Source of the DNA: Actinomycetales bacterium
GTDB lineage: Bacteria; Actinomycetota; Actinomycetes; Actinomycetales; Cellulomonadaceae
Reading direction: 5' to 3'
Assembly: GCA_038204895.1 (NCBI GenBank)
Contig: JBBRCL010000006.1
Location: forward strand, 6,078-70,077
DNA: 64,000 nucleotides
Below the pieces are notes generated by a model, which did no database searches, was not told where the DNA came from, and worked only from the letters and a program-made list of their open reading frames with translations. The position numbers and the translations under genes were made by a program. Positions 25,867 to 35,510 of this stretch are shown here, one piece after another (position 1 is the stretch's first letter; the number at the start of each line of letters is the position of its first letter).

Positions 25867-26851
25867 GCGCACGCCCGAGCGGCTGGTCCGCCTGCTGGGC
25901 ATGGTGGCCTACCTGGACCGGCACCCCGGTGTGCCCGTCGAGGACGTCGCCGTGCATTTCGCGGTGAGCCCCGAACAGGTCCTGCAGGATGTCGACACGC
26001 TCTGGGTGTCCGGCACCCCCGGATACTGGCCCGACGACCTGATCGACTTCGACGCGAACTCCCTGGAGTCCGGGGTGCTGCGGCTGACCCAGTCCCGCGG
26101 CATGACCCGGGCGATGCGCCTGGGCACCCGCGAGGCTGTCGCCCTGGTGGCGGCGCTGCGGGCCCTGCACGAGTCCGTCGCCGATGCCCTCGAGCCGGCG
26201 GAGCGCGAGGTGATCGCCAGCACTCTGGAGGCGCTCACCGCCGCCACCGGGGAAGCGGCCGCGACCGTCGACGTGCAGCTGGCCGTCGAGGCGGCCCCCG
26301 AGGTGATCGCTGCCGCTCGGGCGGCCCTGCGGGAGCGTCACCGGCTGCGCCTGAGGTATGTGAACGCCTCCGACGCGATCAGTGAGCGCGACGTCGACCC
26401 CTGGGCGCTGCTCACTGGTGACGAGCACTCCTACCTCCAGGCGTGGTGTCACAACGTCGAGGGGGAGCGGCTGTTCCGGCTGGACCGGATCCTGGACGCG
26501 CGGGTCCTCGACGAGCCCGCCGCGACCCGGCCGGGACGCGTGCGAGACACGACCTTCAGCCCGTCCGACGCGCACGAGCGCGTCACCCTCGAGCTGGACG
26601 GCCAGGCCAGGTGGGTTGCCGAGCAGTTCCCGGTGGAGGAGACGACCGACCTGTCGGACGGCGGGTTCCGCGTCGTCCTGCGGGTCGCCTCGCCCGCCTG
26701 GCTGGAGCACCTGCTGCTGCGCCTCGCCCCGCAGCTCCGGTCGGCGGAGCCTGCGACGGTCGTGGCCGGAGCGGCCGCGGCGGCGCGGCGCGCGCTGGAC
26801 GCGTACCAGGGGCTCGAGCGGGAAGCCGGGCCTGGGGGCCCTGCGGTCTGA
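25859..26851 (+). CDS. pafC: WYL-domain DNA-damage activator PafC
   Basis: ERLVRLLGMVAYL, LWVSGTPGY..DLID, YLQAWC, FRLDRI. Confidence 0.92.
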   Translation: MAERTPERLVRLLGMVAYLDRHPGVPVEDVAVHFAVSPEQVLQDVDTLWVSGTPGYWPDDLIDFDANSLESGVLRLTQSRGMTRAMRLGTREAVALVAALRALHESVADALEPAEREVIASTLEALTAATGEAAATVDVQLAVEAAPEVIAAARAALRERHRLRLRYVNASDAISERDVDPWALLTGDEHSYLQAWCHNVEGERLFRLDRILDARVLDEPAATRPGRVRDTTFSPSDAHERVTLELDGQARWVAEQFPVEETTDLSDGGFRVVLRVASPAWLEHLLLRLAPQLRSAEPATVVAGAAAAARRALDAYQGLEREAGPGGPAV

Positions 26852-26898
26852 TCCCTGCGTCATCGAGGGGCACCCGGATCCGGCACTACCCTTGGCGG

Positions 26899-27216
26899 GT
26901 GCTCTGGTTCACCGTCTGGTCGGTCCTGGTGGTCGAAACGCTGGTGGGCGCCCTCTTCCTCGGGCGCAGCCTGTATCGGGCCGGTCGCGACCTGCTGGCC
27001 GAGCTCGAGCGGATGACCGACGCGCTCGACCGGCTCACCGAGCGCAGCGAGGCCCTCGCCGCAGCCGCGACAGCCCCGGTTCCGGTCGATCTGATGGATC
27101 CCGAGCTGGCCCGCGCCCGCCTGGTGCAGGCCCGGCTGGCAACGTTCCGGCGTCGGGAACGCCGGGCGGACCGGCGCGCGCGGACCTATCTGCGCTGGCG
27201 GTCTTTCGTGCGCTGA
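26899..27216 (+). CDS. Small membrane protein between pafC and tatA
   Basis: N-terminal TM, Arg-rich tail; TACCCT 6 nt before GTG. Confidence 0.7.
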   Translation: MLWFTVWSVLVVETLVGALFLGRSLYRAGRDLLAELERMTDALDRLTERSEALAAAATAPVPVDLMDPELARARLVQARLATFRRRERRADRRARTYLRWRSFVR

Positions 27217-27280
27217 CGCGCCTGGCGCTCGGCACCGATCCGGGCAGGTAACATGAGGCGATTCGACCGAGGAGGGCGCG

Positions 27281-27493
27281 ATGCGGGGTCCACAGGGTTA
27301 TGAGTGGCTGATCCTCCTGGCCATCGTGCTCGTGCTGTTTGGTGCGAAGAAGCTGCCCGACCTCGCACGCAGCGTCGGCCGTTCCATGCGGATCTTCCGC
27401 TCGGAGGTCAAGGACGGTCAGGAGGGCTCGGGCACCGACACCACGGCCCCCGGTGCCCCGCCCAGCTCGGACGACAGTGGGCCGCGGGCCTGA
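27281..27493 (+). CDS. tatA: Tat translocase TatA
   Basis: [26 protein letters not shown]. Confidence 0.96.
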   Translation: MRGPQGYEWLILLAIVLVLFGAKKLPDLARSVGRSMRIFRSEVKDGQEGSGTDTTAPGAPPSSDDSGPRA

Positions 27494-27539
27494 CGGACCT
27501 CGGACCGGCCGCGGTCGACGCCGGGGCACCGAGGGCCGG

Positions 27540-28286
27540 ATGTCGCTGCGCGACCATGTTCGCGAGCTGCGCAACCGGGTGATGCTGGCGGTGGCTGGTG
27601 TCGGGCTCGGCGCGGTAGCTGGCTGGTTCTGGTACCCGCAGGTCTTCGCCGCCCTGCAGGCCCCGCTCGCGGGGGTCACGCACGACGGCGACCAGTTGAT
27701 CGCCCTGAACTTCGGCGGCGTCGCCACCCCGCTGGACATGCAGATCAAGGTGGCCCTGTTCGCCGGGGTACTGCTCACCAGCCCCTGGTGGATCTACCAG
27801 CTGTGGGCGTTCGTCACGCCGGGACTGACCCGCACCGAGCGCCGCTACACCCTGGGGTTCCTTGGCGCGGCAGTCTCGCTGTTCGCCGTCGGTGCCGCAC
27901 TTGCGTGGTGGGTGCTGCCCAAGGCTGTCCAGCTGCTGGTCGGGCTCACGCCACGGCAGGCCGTCAACGTGATCGACGCCCAGGTGTACCTCGGGTTCGT
28001 GATGCGGATGGTGCTCGCGTTCGGGCTGGCCTTCCTGCTGCCCGTTGTGATGGTGGCGGTGAACTCGCTCGGGCTGGTGAGTGCCCGGACGTGGTTGGCC
28101 GGGTGGCGGTGGGCGGTCCTGATGATCTTCGTGTTCGCCGCAGTGGCGACCCCGACGGCCGACGCGATCTCGATGTTCGGGCTCGGGCTGCCGATGTGCG
28201 GGCTGTACTTCGGCGCGGTGGGTATCTGCGCCCTGACGGATCGCCGGCACGCGGCACGAGAAGCGGCGAGGGAAGCTGTCGGATGA
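27540..28286 (+). CDS. tatC: Tat translocase TatC
   Basis: MSLRDHVRELRNR, YQLWAFVTPGL, AVATPTAD. Confidence 0.95.
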   Translation: MSLRDHVRELRNRVMLAVAGVGLGAVAGWFWYPQVFAALQAPLAGVTHDGDQLIALNFGGVATPLDMQIKVALFAGVLLTSPWWIYQLWAFVTPGLTRTERRYTLGFLGAAVSLFAVGAALAWWVLPKAVQLLVGLTPRQAVNVIDAQVYLGFVMRMVLAFGLAFLLPVVMVAVNSLGLVSARTWLAGWRWAVLMIFVFAAVATPTADAISMFGLGLPMCGLYFGAVGICALTDRRHAAREAAREAVG

Positions 28287-29200
28287 GCGGACTGCGGATC
28301 GGCGTCGTGATCAACCCGACGGCAGGTCATGGGCGCGGCGAGGTGCGCGGACGCCACCTGCTGGCGGCTGTGCGCGACCGGGGCCACACCGTCTTCGACC
28401 TCACGGCGGCCGACCTGATCAGCGCCGAGCTGCACGCGCGGCAGGCCGTCGTGCACGGGCTGGACGCGCTCGTCGTGGTGGGCGGGGACGGGATGGTGCA
28501 CCTCGGGGCTAACGTGGTCGCCGGCACCGACCTGCCGCTGGGGATCGTTGCCGCCGGCAACGGCAACGACGTGGCGCGGGCGATGGAGCTGCCACGGCAC
28601 GACGTCCGGGCCGCCGTCGCCGTCATCGAGTCCGGGCTGGAGACCGGTGGCCGCGTGGTGGACGCCGTCATCGTCGGTCCGCCGGACTACAGCGCGCACG
28701 AATGGTACCTGGGCGTGCTGTCGTGCGGCTTCGATGCGGCCGTGAACGCTCGGGCCAACAGCCTCTCCTGGCCGCGCGGGAGCGGGCGCTACGTGCGGGC
28801 CCTGTTGACCGAGCTGAGGCGCTTTCGGCCCTACGGCTACCGGATCACCCTCGACGACGAGTCGTGGGAGTCCACCGGGACGCTCGTGGCGGTGGCCAAC
28901 GGCGGCCTGTTCGGCGGGGGGATGCGGATCGCACCGGACTCGCAGATGGACGACGGCCTGCTCGACGTGGTGATCGCCGGCCCCCTCAGTCGGCGTGAGC
29001 TGCTCGGCATCTTCCCCAAGGTGTACTCCGGTGCGCACGTGCACCACCCGGCCTGCACGGTGCTGCGCAGCACGAGCGTGCTGATCGAGCACAGCCACGT
29101 GGGACCGGTGCCACCGGCGGCGTTCGCCGACGGCGAGCGGCTCGGGCCGCTCCCGTTGCGGGTGGAGGTACGGCCCGAGGCGGTCCGGCTGCTGGCCTGA
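28283..29200 (+). CDS. Diacylglycerol/lipid kinase family protein
   Basis: INPTAGHG, GGDGMV, AGNGND, GFDAAVN, GGGMRIAP, FADGE. Confidence 0.92.
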   Translation: MSGLRIGVVINPTAGHGRGEVRGRHLLAAVRDRGHTVFDLTAADLISAELHARQAVVHGLDALVVVGGDGMVHLGANVVAGTDLPLGIVAAGNGNDVARAMELPRHDVRAAVAVIESGLETGGRVVDAVIVGPPDYSAHEWYLGVLSCGFDAAVNARANSLSWPRGSGRYVRALLTELRRFRPYGYRITLDDESWESTGTLVAVANGGLFGGGMRIAPDSQMDDGLLDVVIAGPLSRRELLGIFPKVYSGAHVHHPACTVLRSTSVLIEHSHVGPVPPAAFADGERLGPLPLRVEVRPEAVRLLA

Positions 29201-29247
29201 CTCACGCGCCGGACTCCTGGCGGATCACTCGCCTGGGACGGTTCGGT

Positions 29248-29979
29248 TCAGCCTTCGGGAGAGCATGAGGAGCCCCACGGCGAGCGCAAGACCCCGAGAA
29301 GAGCTACCGGTCCGACATCCGTTCCCGTCGCGAGCTGAAGGACGCTCTTGGCCAGCCCGAGCGACCCGCCGAGGACGAAGAGGACGGGCACGGCACGCGG
29401 CAGGCCCGCCGTCCTCCGGAAGAGCCCCGCAACCACAACGAATGCGGTGCCCATGAGGAGCCCGCCGGCGGCGAAGCTCACATTCACGAGGCGCTGCTGG
29501 TCGATGAACGACACGAGGATCGCGGTCCGATCCCGGGCAGCGGCATCCAGCAGGCGGTCGCCGAGCTCGGCCGTGCCGGCGAGGCGCAGGCAGGCCCCGA
29601 GGAGCCCGATCGACATGCCGACGCCGAGCGCTGCGACGATCGTGCTGCGGACGGGCTCACGGCGGACGTACGTCCCCGCCGCCATGACGAGGAACCCACC
29701 GAACGTGAGCCAGGACGCGACGTCGAACCCGATGGCGGTCCGGTAGGCAAGGGGCGAGCGTCTGGCTGCCGCCAGCTCCAGGTACTCGGCGGGCAGGGAT
29801 CCGCTCCCACCGGGAAGGATGCCGACGATGACCATCGTGACGAGCCCGACGTAGCTGGCGGCGGCCAGGATGGCCGTTCGTGACAGGGCGCGACGCCAGG
29901 GAGCGACGATCGCCGCATCCTCGGCGCGCTCGCCCGGGGCCGACGTCTCGGCGGGGATTCTCGTGCGGAATGTGACCAC
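29248..29979 (-). CDS. Multi-pass membrane protein (DUF4386-like), probable -1 frameshift near C-terminus
   Basis: Several hydrophobic helices; GAGAGGA RBS; last helix continues better in an alternate frame to stop at 29225-29227. Confidence 0.65.
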   Translation of the reverse strand: MVTFRTRIPAETSAPGERAEDAAIVAPWRRALSRTAILAAASYVGLVTMVIVGILPGGSGSLPAEYLELAAARRSPLAYRTAIGFDVASWLTFGGFLVMAAGTYVRREPVRSTIVAALGVGMSIGLLGACLRLAGTAELGDRLLDAAARDRTAILVSFIDQQRLVNVSFAAGGLLMGTAFVVVAGLFRRTAGLPRAVPVLFVLGGSLGLAKSVLQLATGTDVGPVALLGVLRSPWGSSCSPEG

Positions 29980-30041
29980 TGTGCGATTCCTCTCGGTTGT
30001 GATGTCGCCGCCGCACGCGGGTGTCCGTGCGCGGGGAGTGC

Positions 30042-30764
30042 TCAGGACCCGATGACCCCGAGGTCAGAGCGGTCCGCTGCGCCGAGGTCGGCCAGCAGAT
30101 CGATCAGGGCCAGAGCGAGGGCATCGAGCGCACCGGTCGGGACCGACCGGTCGCTCTCGAACGCCCGCCGGACCGTGACGGCAAGAAGGTCGGCCCGCCG
30201 ATCGAGGCCGGCCCCCGCATCGGACGCGTCGTCGTCGGCGGTGGTCTCCGCCCGAAGGAAGCCTTCGAATGTCGCGAGGAACGAGAAGGCGGTGCCGTCG
30301 ATGTCCATCCCGGAACCGAGCAGGCCACGCTCGTTCAGCAGCTCGAAGTACCGGCGGGGCATGAGCCGGTGGCGATCCTCGTGCGCCTCGCTGCGGCTGT
30401 GCGCGAGCCTCCCGAGCAGATCGGCGTCCGACAGTAGGAGGCCCCGCAGGAGTGGCCGGCTCATGATCGCGAGGAAGTAGCAGCGAGCGAGCCCGTGCAG
30501 CAGAGCGACGTGCGGGTCGTCGCGCACGGCCGCCACGAGCTCCCCGACGGCGCCGAGGACCTCGCGGTCGAGGACTGCGGCGAAGAGCTCCTCGCGGGTC
30601 CTCCAGTGCAGGTAGACGGTTCCCTTGCCGATCCCGGCGCCGGAGGTGACGTCGTCGATCGTCACCCGGCGATAGCCGTGACGCACCAGGAGGTCGGCAG
30701 CGACGTCGAGGATGCGCGTGGCGCGCTCCGCCAGTTGGCCCGGTGTCGACGCCCGTCTGCTCAT
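30042..30764 (-). CDS. TetR/AcrR family regulator
   Basis: RILDVAADLLVRHGYRRVTIDDV..GIGKGTVYLHW..REELF. Confidence 0.93.
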   Translation of the reverse strand: MSRRASTPGQLAERATRILDVAADLLVRHGYRRVTIDDVTSGAGIGKGTVYLHWRTREELFAAVLDREVLGAVGELVAAVRDDPHVALLHGLARCYFLAIMSRPLLRGLLLSDADLLGRLAHSRSEAHEDRHRLMPRRYFELLNERGLLGSGMDIDGTAFSFLATFEGFLRAETTADDDASDAGAGLDRRADLLAVTVRRAFESDRSVPTGALDALALALIDLLADLGAADRSDLGVIGS

Positions 30765-30770
30765 ATCGGG

Positions 30771-30800
30771 AGCATATGACTGATTTCGCATTCTGGTCAA
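30771..30800 (-). promoter_or_regulatory. sigmaA promoter of leaderless tetR with probable operator
   Basis: TTGACC-N18-TATGCT-6 nt-ATG; TGAC-N15-GTCA dyad (30777-30799) overlaps it. Confidence 0.75.
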
Positions 30801-30847
30801 TAGTGGCGTTGCAGACCGCGCCGGACCCGGGTGCCTAGGCTGGCCAC

Positions 30848-33658
30848 ATGTCCTCCCCGGCCGAGCGCTACGCCGCCGCCCCTCTCCGGGCAACACCGGC
30901 ACGCACCTCGCTCGCCGGCTTCGCGGCCGACCTGCCGTTCGAGCTCGACCCGTTCCAGGTGCAGGCCTGCACCGCACTGGAGGGCGGACGCGGGGTCCTG
31001 GTCGCGGCACCGACCGGGGCCGGCAAGACAGTCGTGGGGGAGTTCGCCATCCATCTGGCCCTCAGCAAAGGTCAGAAGGCCTTCTACACCACGCCGATCA
31101 AGGCACTGAGCAACCAGAAGTACGCGGACCTCGCGCGTCAGCACGGTGCCGAGCAGGTCGGCCTGCTCACCGGGGACACCACTCTCAACAGCGAGGCACC
31201 GGTGGTCGTGATGACCACCGAGGTGCTCCGGAACATGCTGTACGCCGGGTCCGCGACGCTCGAGGGCCTCGCGTACGTGGTGATGGACGAGGTGCACTAC
31301 CTCGCCGACCGGTTCCGCGGCCCGGTCTGGGAGGAGGTGATCATCCACCTGCCGGCCGACGTCGCGCTGGTCTCGCTGTCCGCGACGGTCTCCAACGCCG
31401 AGGAGTTCGGGGACTGGCTGACCATGGTCCGCGGTGACACCGCCGTGGTCGTCAGCGAGACGCGACCGGTGCCGCTCTGGCAGCACGTGATGACCCGGGA
31501 CGGGATCTTCGACCTGTACGCCGGGAATGTGGACCCGACCGCGCCCGGCGTCGACCCGCCGATCAACCCGGACCTCCTGGCCGACCTCCGTCGGCAGGCC
31601 CGGACCTCTGGTGTGGCGCGGTCCGGGCCAGGGGACCGCGGGTTCCGGGGCAGAGGCGGGCGCCGGCCGGACGGCGTCTCGTCGGCCCGGCGACCACCGT
31701 CGAGGTTCGCCGTGGTCGAGGTGCTCGATCGTGAGGCGCTGCTGCCGGCGATCTTCTTCGTCTTCTCCCGTGCCGGGTGCGAGGCGGCGGTGCAGCAGTG
31801 CATGGGCGCTGGCCTGCGGCTGACCACCCCGGAGCAGGCCGCAGCGATCCGGGACACCGTCGAGCGACGCTGCGGCGTCATCGGGCCGCAGGACCTGGCG
31901 GTCCTCGGCTACTGGGAGTGGAGCCAGGCGCTGGAGCGGGGCATCGCCTCTCACCACGCGGGTCTGCTCCCGCTGTTCAAGGAGACCGTCGAGGAGCTGT
32001 TCTCCCGTGGCCTGGTGAAGGTGGTCTTCGCCACCGAGACGCTCGCGCTGGGCATCAACATGCCCGCCCGGTCGGTGGTGCTGGACCGCCTGGTGAAGTG
32101 GGACGGCTCGGCCCACGTGGAGATCACGGCGGGGGAGTACACCCAGCTCACCGGCCGTGCCGGCCGGCGCGGGATCGACGTCGAGGGCCACGCGGTGGTG
32201 GTCGACCACGGTCGGCTGGACCCGACCGCCCTGGCCGGGCTGGCGTCCCGGCGGACGTACCCCCTGCGATCCAGCTTCCGGCCCACGTACAACATGGCCG
32301 TGAACCTGGTGGCCCAGGTAGGCCGCGAACGGGCACGAGAGGTCCTCGAGACCAGCTTCGCCCAGTTCCAGGCCGACCGCGCGGTGGTGGGGCTGGCCCG
32401 GCAGGCGCAGTCCCATGGGGAGGCCCTCGAGGGCTACGCCGCGGCGATGCAGTGCCACCTCGGTGATTTCGGGGAGTACGCGGCGCTGCGCCGCACACTC
32501 AGCGACCGGGAGCGCGACGTCTCCCGGGACGCCGCGCGGAGCCGCCGCGCAGGTGCCGCGGAGAGCCTGCGCTCGCTGCACGTCGGGGACGTCATCGAGA
32601 TCCCGACCGGTCGGCGGGCGGGCTTCGCAGTGGTCCTCGACCCCGGCCGGGAGAGCCTCGACGGCCCGCGGCCGACCGTCCTGACCTCGGAGCGTCAGGT
32701 CCGCACGGTGTCGGGGGCTGAGCTCAGCCGCGCGGTGCGGACGGTGACGACCGTTCGGGTGCCCAAGAACTTCTCGCTGCGGAACGCGGCGGCGAAGCGG
32801 GACCTCGCGGCCGCAATGCGCAGCGCGCTGGCGCGCCCCGCGCAGCAGGCCGGGCGGGCGACCGACCCAGCACCTGAGCAGGCACCCGAGCGGGCGCCGG
32901 CAGCCGACGACGCGACCATCGCCGAGCTGCGGCGTCGGCTGCGCGCCCACCCCTGCCACGGCTGCTCCGAGCGGGAGGATCACGCCCGGTGGGCCGAGCG
33001 GTATCACCGGCTGCGGCGTGAGCACGACGGCCTGGTCCGGCGGATCGAGGGTCGCACCAGCTCGATCGCCCGCGTGTTCGACAAGGTTTGCGACGTGCTC
33101 AGGACCACCGGCCACCTTGAGGTGGTCGACGGGGTGACCCAGGTGACGGAGGCCGGTCAAGGACTCCGCCGGCTGTATGCCGAGAGCGACCTGCTGGTCG
33201 CCGAGTGCCTGCGCGCCGGCGCCTGGGACGGTCTTGATGCCGCCGGCCTGGCTGCTGCCGTCTCTGCTGTGGTGTTCGAGTCGCGCGGTGAGGACCTCGC
33301 CCAGGCACCGCAGGTGGCCGGCGGCACCGACGGACGGTTGGCCCGCGCGCTGGACGCCACCCAACGGGTGTGGTCGCGGCTGGAGGACCTGGAGGTCAGC
33401 AGGGGGGTCCCGGCCACCCGGGCGCCCGACGTGGGTCTGGTCGGCCCGATCCACCGCTGGGCCTCCGGACGCTCCCTCGGCACCGTGCTCCAGGGCACGG
33501 AGCTGGCAGCTGGGGACTTCGTCAGGTGGTGCAAGCAGGTGATCGACCTGCTGGACCAGCTCTCCGGCGCGGCGTCGTCGCCCCCCGCCACGCGGGCGAC
33601 CGCGCGGCGGGCCGTTGAGCAGGTGCGGCGCGGCGTCGTCGCCCACAGCGCCGTCTGA
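30848..33658 (+). CDS. helY: Ski2-like DEVH RNA helicase HelY
   Basis: APTGAGKT, PIKALSNQK, DEVHY, SLSAT, GRAGRRG, DSHCT-like C-terminus. Confidence 0.95.
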   Translation: MSSPAERYAAAPLRATPARTSLAGFAADLPFELDPFQVQACTALEGGRGVLVAAPTGAGKTVVGEFAIHLALSKGQKAFYTTPIKALSNQKYADLARQHGAEQVGLLTGDTTLNSEAPVVVMTTEVLRNMLYAGSATLEGLAYVVMDEVHYLADRFRGPVWEEVIIHLPADVALVSLSATVSNAEEFGDWLTMVRGDTAVVVSETRPVPLWQHVMTRDGIFDLYAGNVDPTAPGVDPPINPDLLADLRRQARTSGVARSGPGDRGFRGRGGRRPDGVSSARRPPSRFAVVEVLDREALLPAIFFVFSRAGCEAAVQQCMGAGLRLTTPEQAAAIRDTVERRCGVIGPQDLAVLGYWEWSQALERGIASHHAGLLPLFKETVEELFSRGLVKVVFATETLALGINMPARSVVLDRLVKWDGSAHVEITAGEYTQLTGRAGRRGIDVEGHAVVVDHGRLDPTALAGLASRRTYPLRSSFRPTYNMAVNLVAQVGRERAREVLETSFAQFQADRAVVGLARQAQSHGEALEGYAAAMQCHLGDFGEYAALRRTLSDRERDVSRDAARSRRAGAAESLRSLHVGDVIEIPTGRRAGFAVVLDPGRESLDGPRPTVLTSERQVRTVSGAELSRAVRTVTTVRVPKNFSLRNAAAKRDLAAAMRSALARPAQQAGRATDPAPEQAPERAPAADDATIAELRRRLRAHPCHGCSEREDHARWAERYHRLRREHDGLVRRIEGRTSSIARVFDKVCDVLRTTGHLEVVDGVTQVTEAGQGLRRLYAESDLLVAECLRAGAWDGLDAAGLAAAVSAVVFESRGEDLAQAPQVAGGTDGRLARALDATQRVWSRLEDLEVSRGVPATRAPDVGLVGPIHRWASGRSLGTVLQGTELAAGDFVRWCKQVIDLLDQLSGAASSPPATRATARRAVEQVRRGVVAHSAV

Positions 33659-33690
33659 GGCACCGCCACGAGCCCAGCGCCGTCTGAGGC
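33646..33690 (+). repeat. 16-bp direct repeat duplicating the helY 3' end
   Basis: CAGCGCCGTCTGAGGC at 33646-33661 and 33675-33690. Confidence 0.85.
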
Positions 33691-33748
33691 GGGGCCCGCG
33701 CGCCCGCTAACCGGCACGCTCCGGACAGTGCTGCGCTACGGTCGCACC

Positions 33749-35356
33749 GTGCGGACGGTCTACCGCGACGGTGTGGTGCACGCACGGGTCGACGGTGCGG
33801 CCCAGGCGCTCGTCGTGCTGGACGGACGGATTACCTGGATCGGCCCGGACGACGATGCGCCGACGGATGGCGTCGACGAGGTCGTCCGCCTGGCCGGTGC
33901 CCTGGTCACACCCGGCTTCGTCGACGCGCACGCTCACGTGCTCGAGACGGGGTTCGCGCTCACCGGGGTCGACCTGTCGACGGCACCCTCGTTGGCTGTG
34001 GCGCTGGACGCGGTCGCCCGAGCTGCCCGGCTCGGTCCGGACCCCCTGCTGGGCCATGGTTGGGATGAGACCACCTGGCCGGAGCGGCGTCCTCCCACCC
34101 GCACGGAGCTGGATCGGGCCACCGGCGACGGCGTCGCCTACCTGTCCCGGGCCGACCTGCACTCCGCTGTCGTGTCCACCGCGCTTGCCGACCGCGCGGG
34201 GTGCGCAGAGGCAGCTGGCTGGCGCCCCGACGGGCTGGTGACCGGTGAGGCCCACCACCAGGCTCGCCTCGTCGTGCGGGACGTGGCTCCCCAGCGGCGG
34301 GAGCAGCTGTACCGAACCGCCCTGGCGGCGGCTGCCGCTGCGGGTGTGGTGAGCCTGCACGAGCACAGCGTTCCGTTCCTTGACACCCGTGAGGGCCTGA
34401 ACGAGCTGCTCGCCCTGACGCACGACGCCGCGTCGGGGCTGCCCGGCGTCGTCGGCTACCGGGCTGAGCTCTGCGTGACCGTCGACGACGCGCGGGCCCT
34501 GCTGCGCGCGGTTCCGGGCCTGACCGGGATCGGTGGTGACCTCAACGTCGACGGCTCCCTCGGGTCCCGGACCGCTGCCCTGAGGTTGCCGTACCACGAC
34601 GCCGAGCCGGGCCACCGCGGCAGCCTGTACCTGAGTGCCGAGCAGGTGGCCAACCACGTCACGGCGGTGACCCGCGCGGGCGTGCACGCCGCGTTCCATG
34701 TGATCGGTGACCGGGCGATGGACGAGGTGCTGCTCGGGTTCCAGGCCGCCGGAGATGTCGAGGGCATCACTGCGATCCGGGCGGCCGGGCACCGGCTGGA
34801 GCATGCGGAGATGGTCGACGCCGTGGCCCTCGCCCGGATCCTGCTGTTCGGGCTCACGGTCAGTGCGCAGCCGGCGTTCGACGCCGCGTGGGGCGGCCGG
34901 GACGAGATGTACGCCGGGCGGCTGGGCGCCGTGCGTGCCGCGGACATGAACCCGTTGGCGGACCTGGCCGATGCCGGGGTGCCGCTCGCGTTCGGCTCGG
35001 ACAGCCCGGTGACGCCCATCGACCCCTGGGCCGGCGTGCTGGCGGCAGCCCGGCATCACGAACCGGGCCAGCGGCTCTCGCTCGAGGCGTCCTTCCGTGC
35101 CCACACGGTGGGCGGATGGCGCGCGGCCAACGGGCGGAAGGCGGAGTACGGGGTGCTTCGGGTGGGTGCGCCGGCGTCCTTCGCGGTGTGGCGGGTGTCG
35201 GGGCTGGCCCACGAGGAGCGCACCGGGATGCGGACGTGGCGCGCCGAACCTGCGGCGCCGCCCCTGCCGCTCCCCGAACTGGTCTCGGGGGCATCTGCTC
35301 CGGTCTGCTTGCGCACGGTGCGCGACGGCGTCGTGCTGCACGACCTGCTGGGCTGA
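33749..35356 (+). CDS. Amidohydrolase 3 family protein (YtcJ/Rv2052c-like)
   Basis: PGFVDAHAH, DGSLGSRTA, FHVIGD, RLEHAE, FGSDSP; TACGGT 6 nt before GTG33749. Confidence 0.9.
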   Translation: MRTVYRDGVVHARVDGAAQALVVLDGRITWIGPDDDAPTDGVDEVVRLAGALVTPGFVDAHAHVLETGFALTGVDLSTAPSLAVALDAVARAARLGPDPLLGHGWDETTWPERRPPTRTELDRATGDGVAYLSRADLHSAVVSTALADRAGCAEAAGWRPDGLVTGEAHHQARLVVRDVAPQRREQLYRTALAAAAAAGVVSLHEHSVPFLDTREGLNELLALTHDAASGLPGVVGYRAELCVTVDDARALLRAVPGLTGIGGDLNVDGSLGSRTAALRLPYHDAEPGHRGSLYLSAEQVANHVTAVTRAGVHAAFHVIGDRAMDEVLLGFQAAGDVEGITAIRAAGHRLEHAEMVDAVALARILLFGLTVSAQPAFDAAWGGRDEMYAGRLGAVRAADMNPLADLADAGVPLAFGSDSPVTPIDPWAGVLAAARHHEPGQRLSLEASFRAHTVGGWRAANGRKAEYGVLRVGAPASFAVWRVSGLAHEERTGMRTWRAEPAAPPLPLPELVSGASAPVCLRTVRDGVVLHDLLG

Positions 35357-35467
35357 GCGCTGTCGACGCGACGCGCCGCGCACGACACGCCGCCGACCTG
35401 AGGTCACCCGATCGGAGCACTACCCGCTTGACCTGGGGAGATGGCGCTGACCTGCGGCGACGCCCCC

Positions 35468-35495
35468 TTGACTCACCCGCTGGAGCGGGTAGTTT
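35468..35495 (+). promoter_or_regulatory. Near-consensus sigmaA promoter with palindromic spacer
   Basis: TTGACT-N16-TAGTTT; ACCCGCT-GG-AGCGGGT palindrome (35475-35490). Confidence 0.7.
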
Positions 35496-35510
35496 GCAGG
35501 AGTTCCCTCC

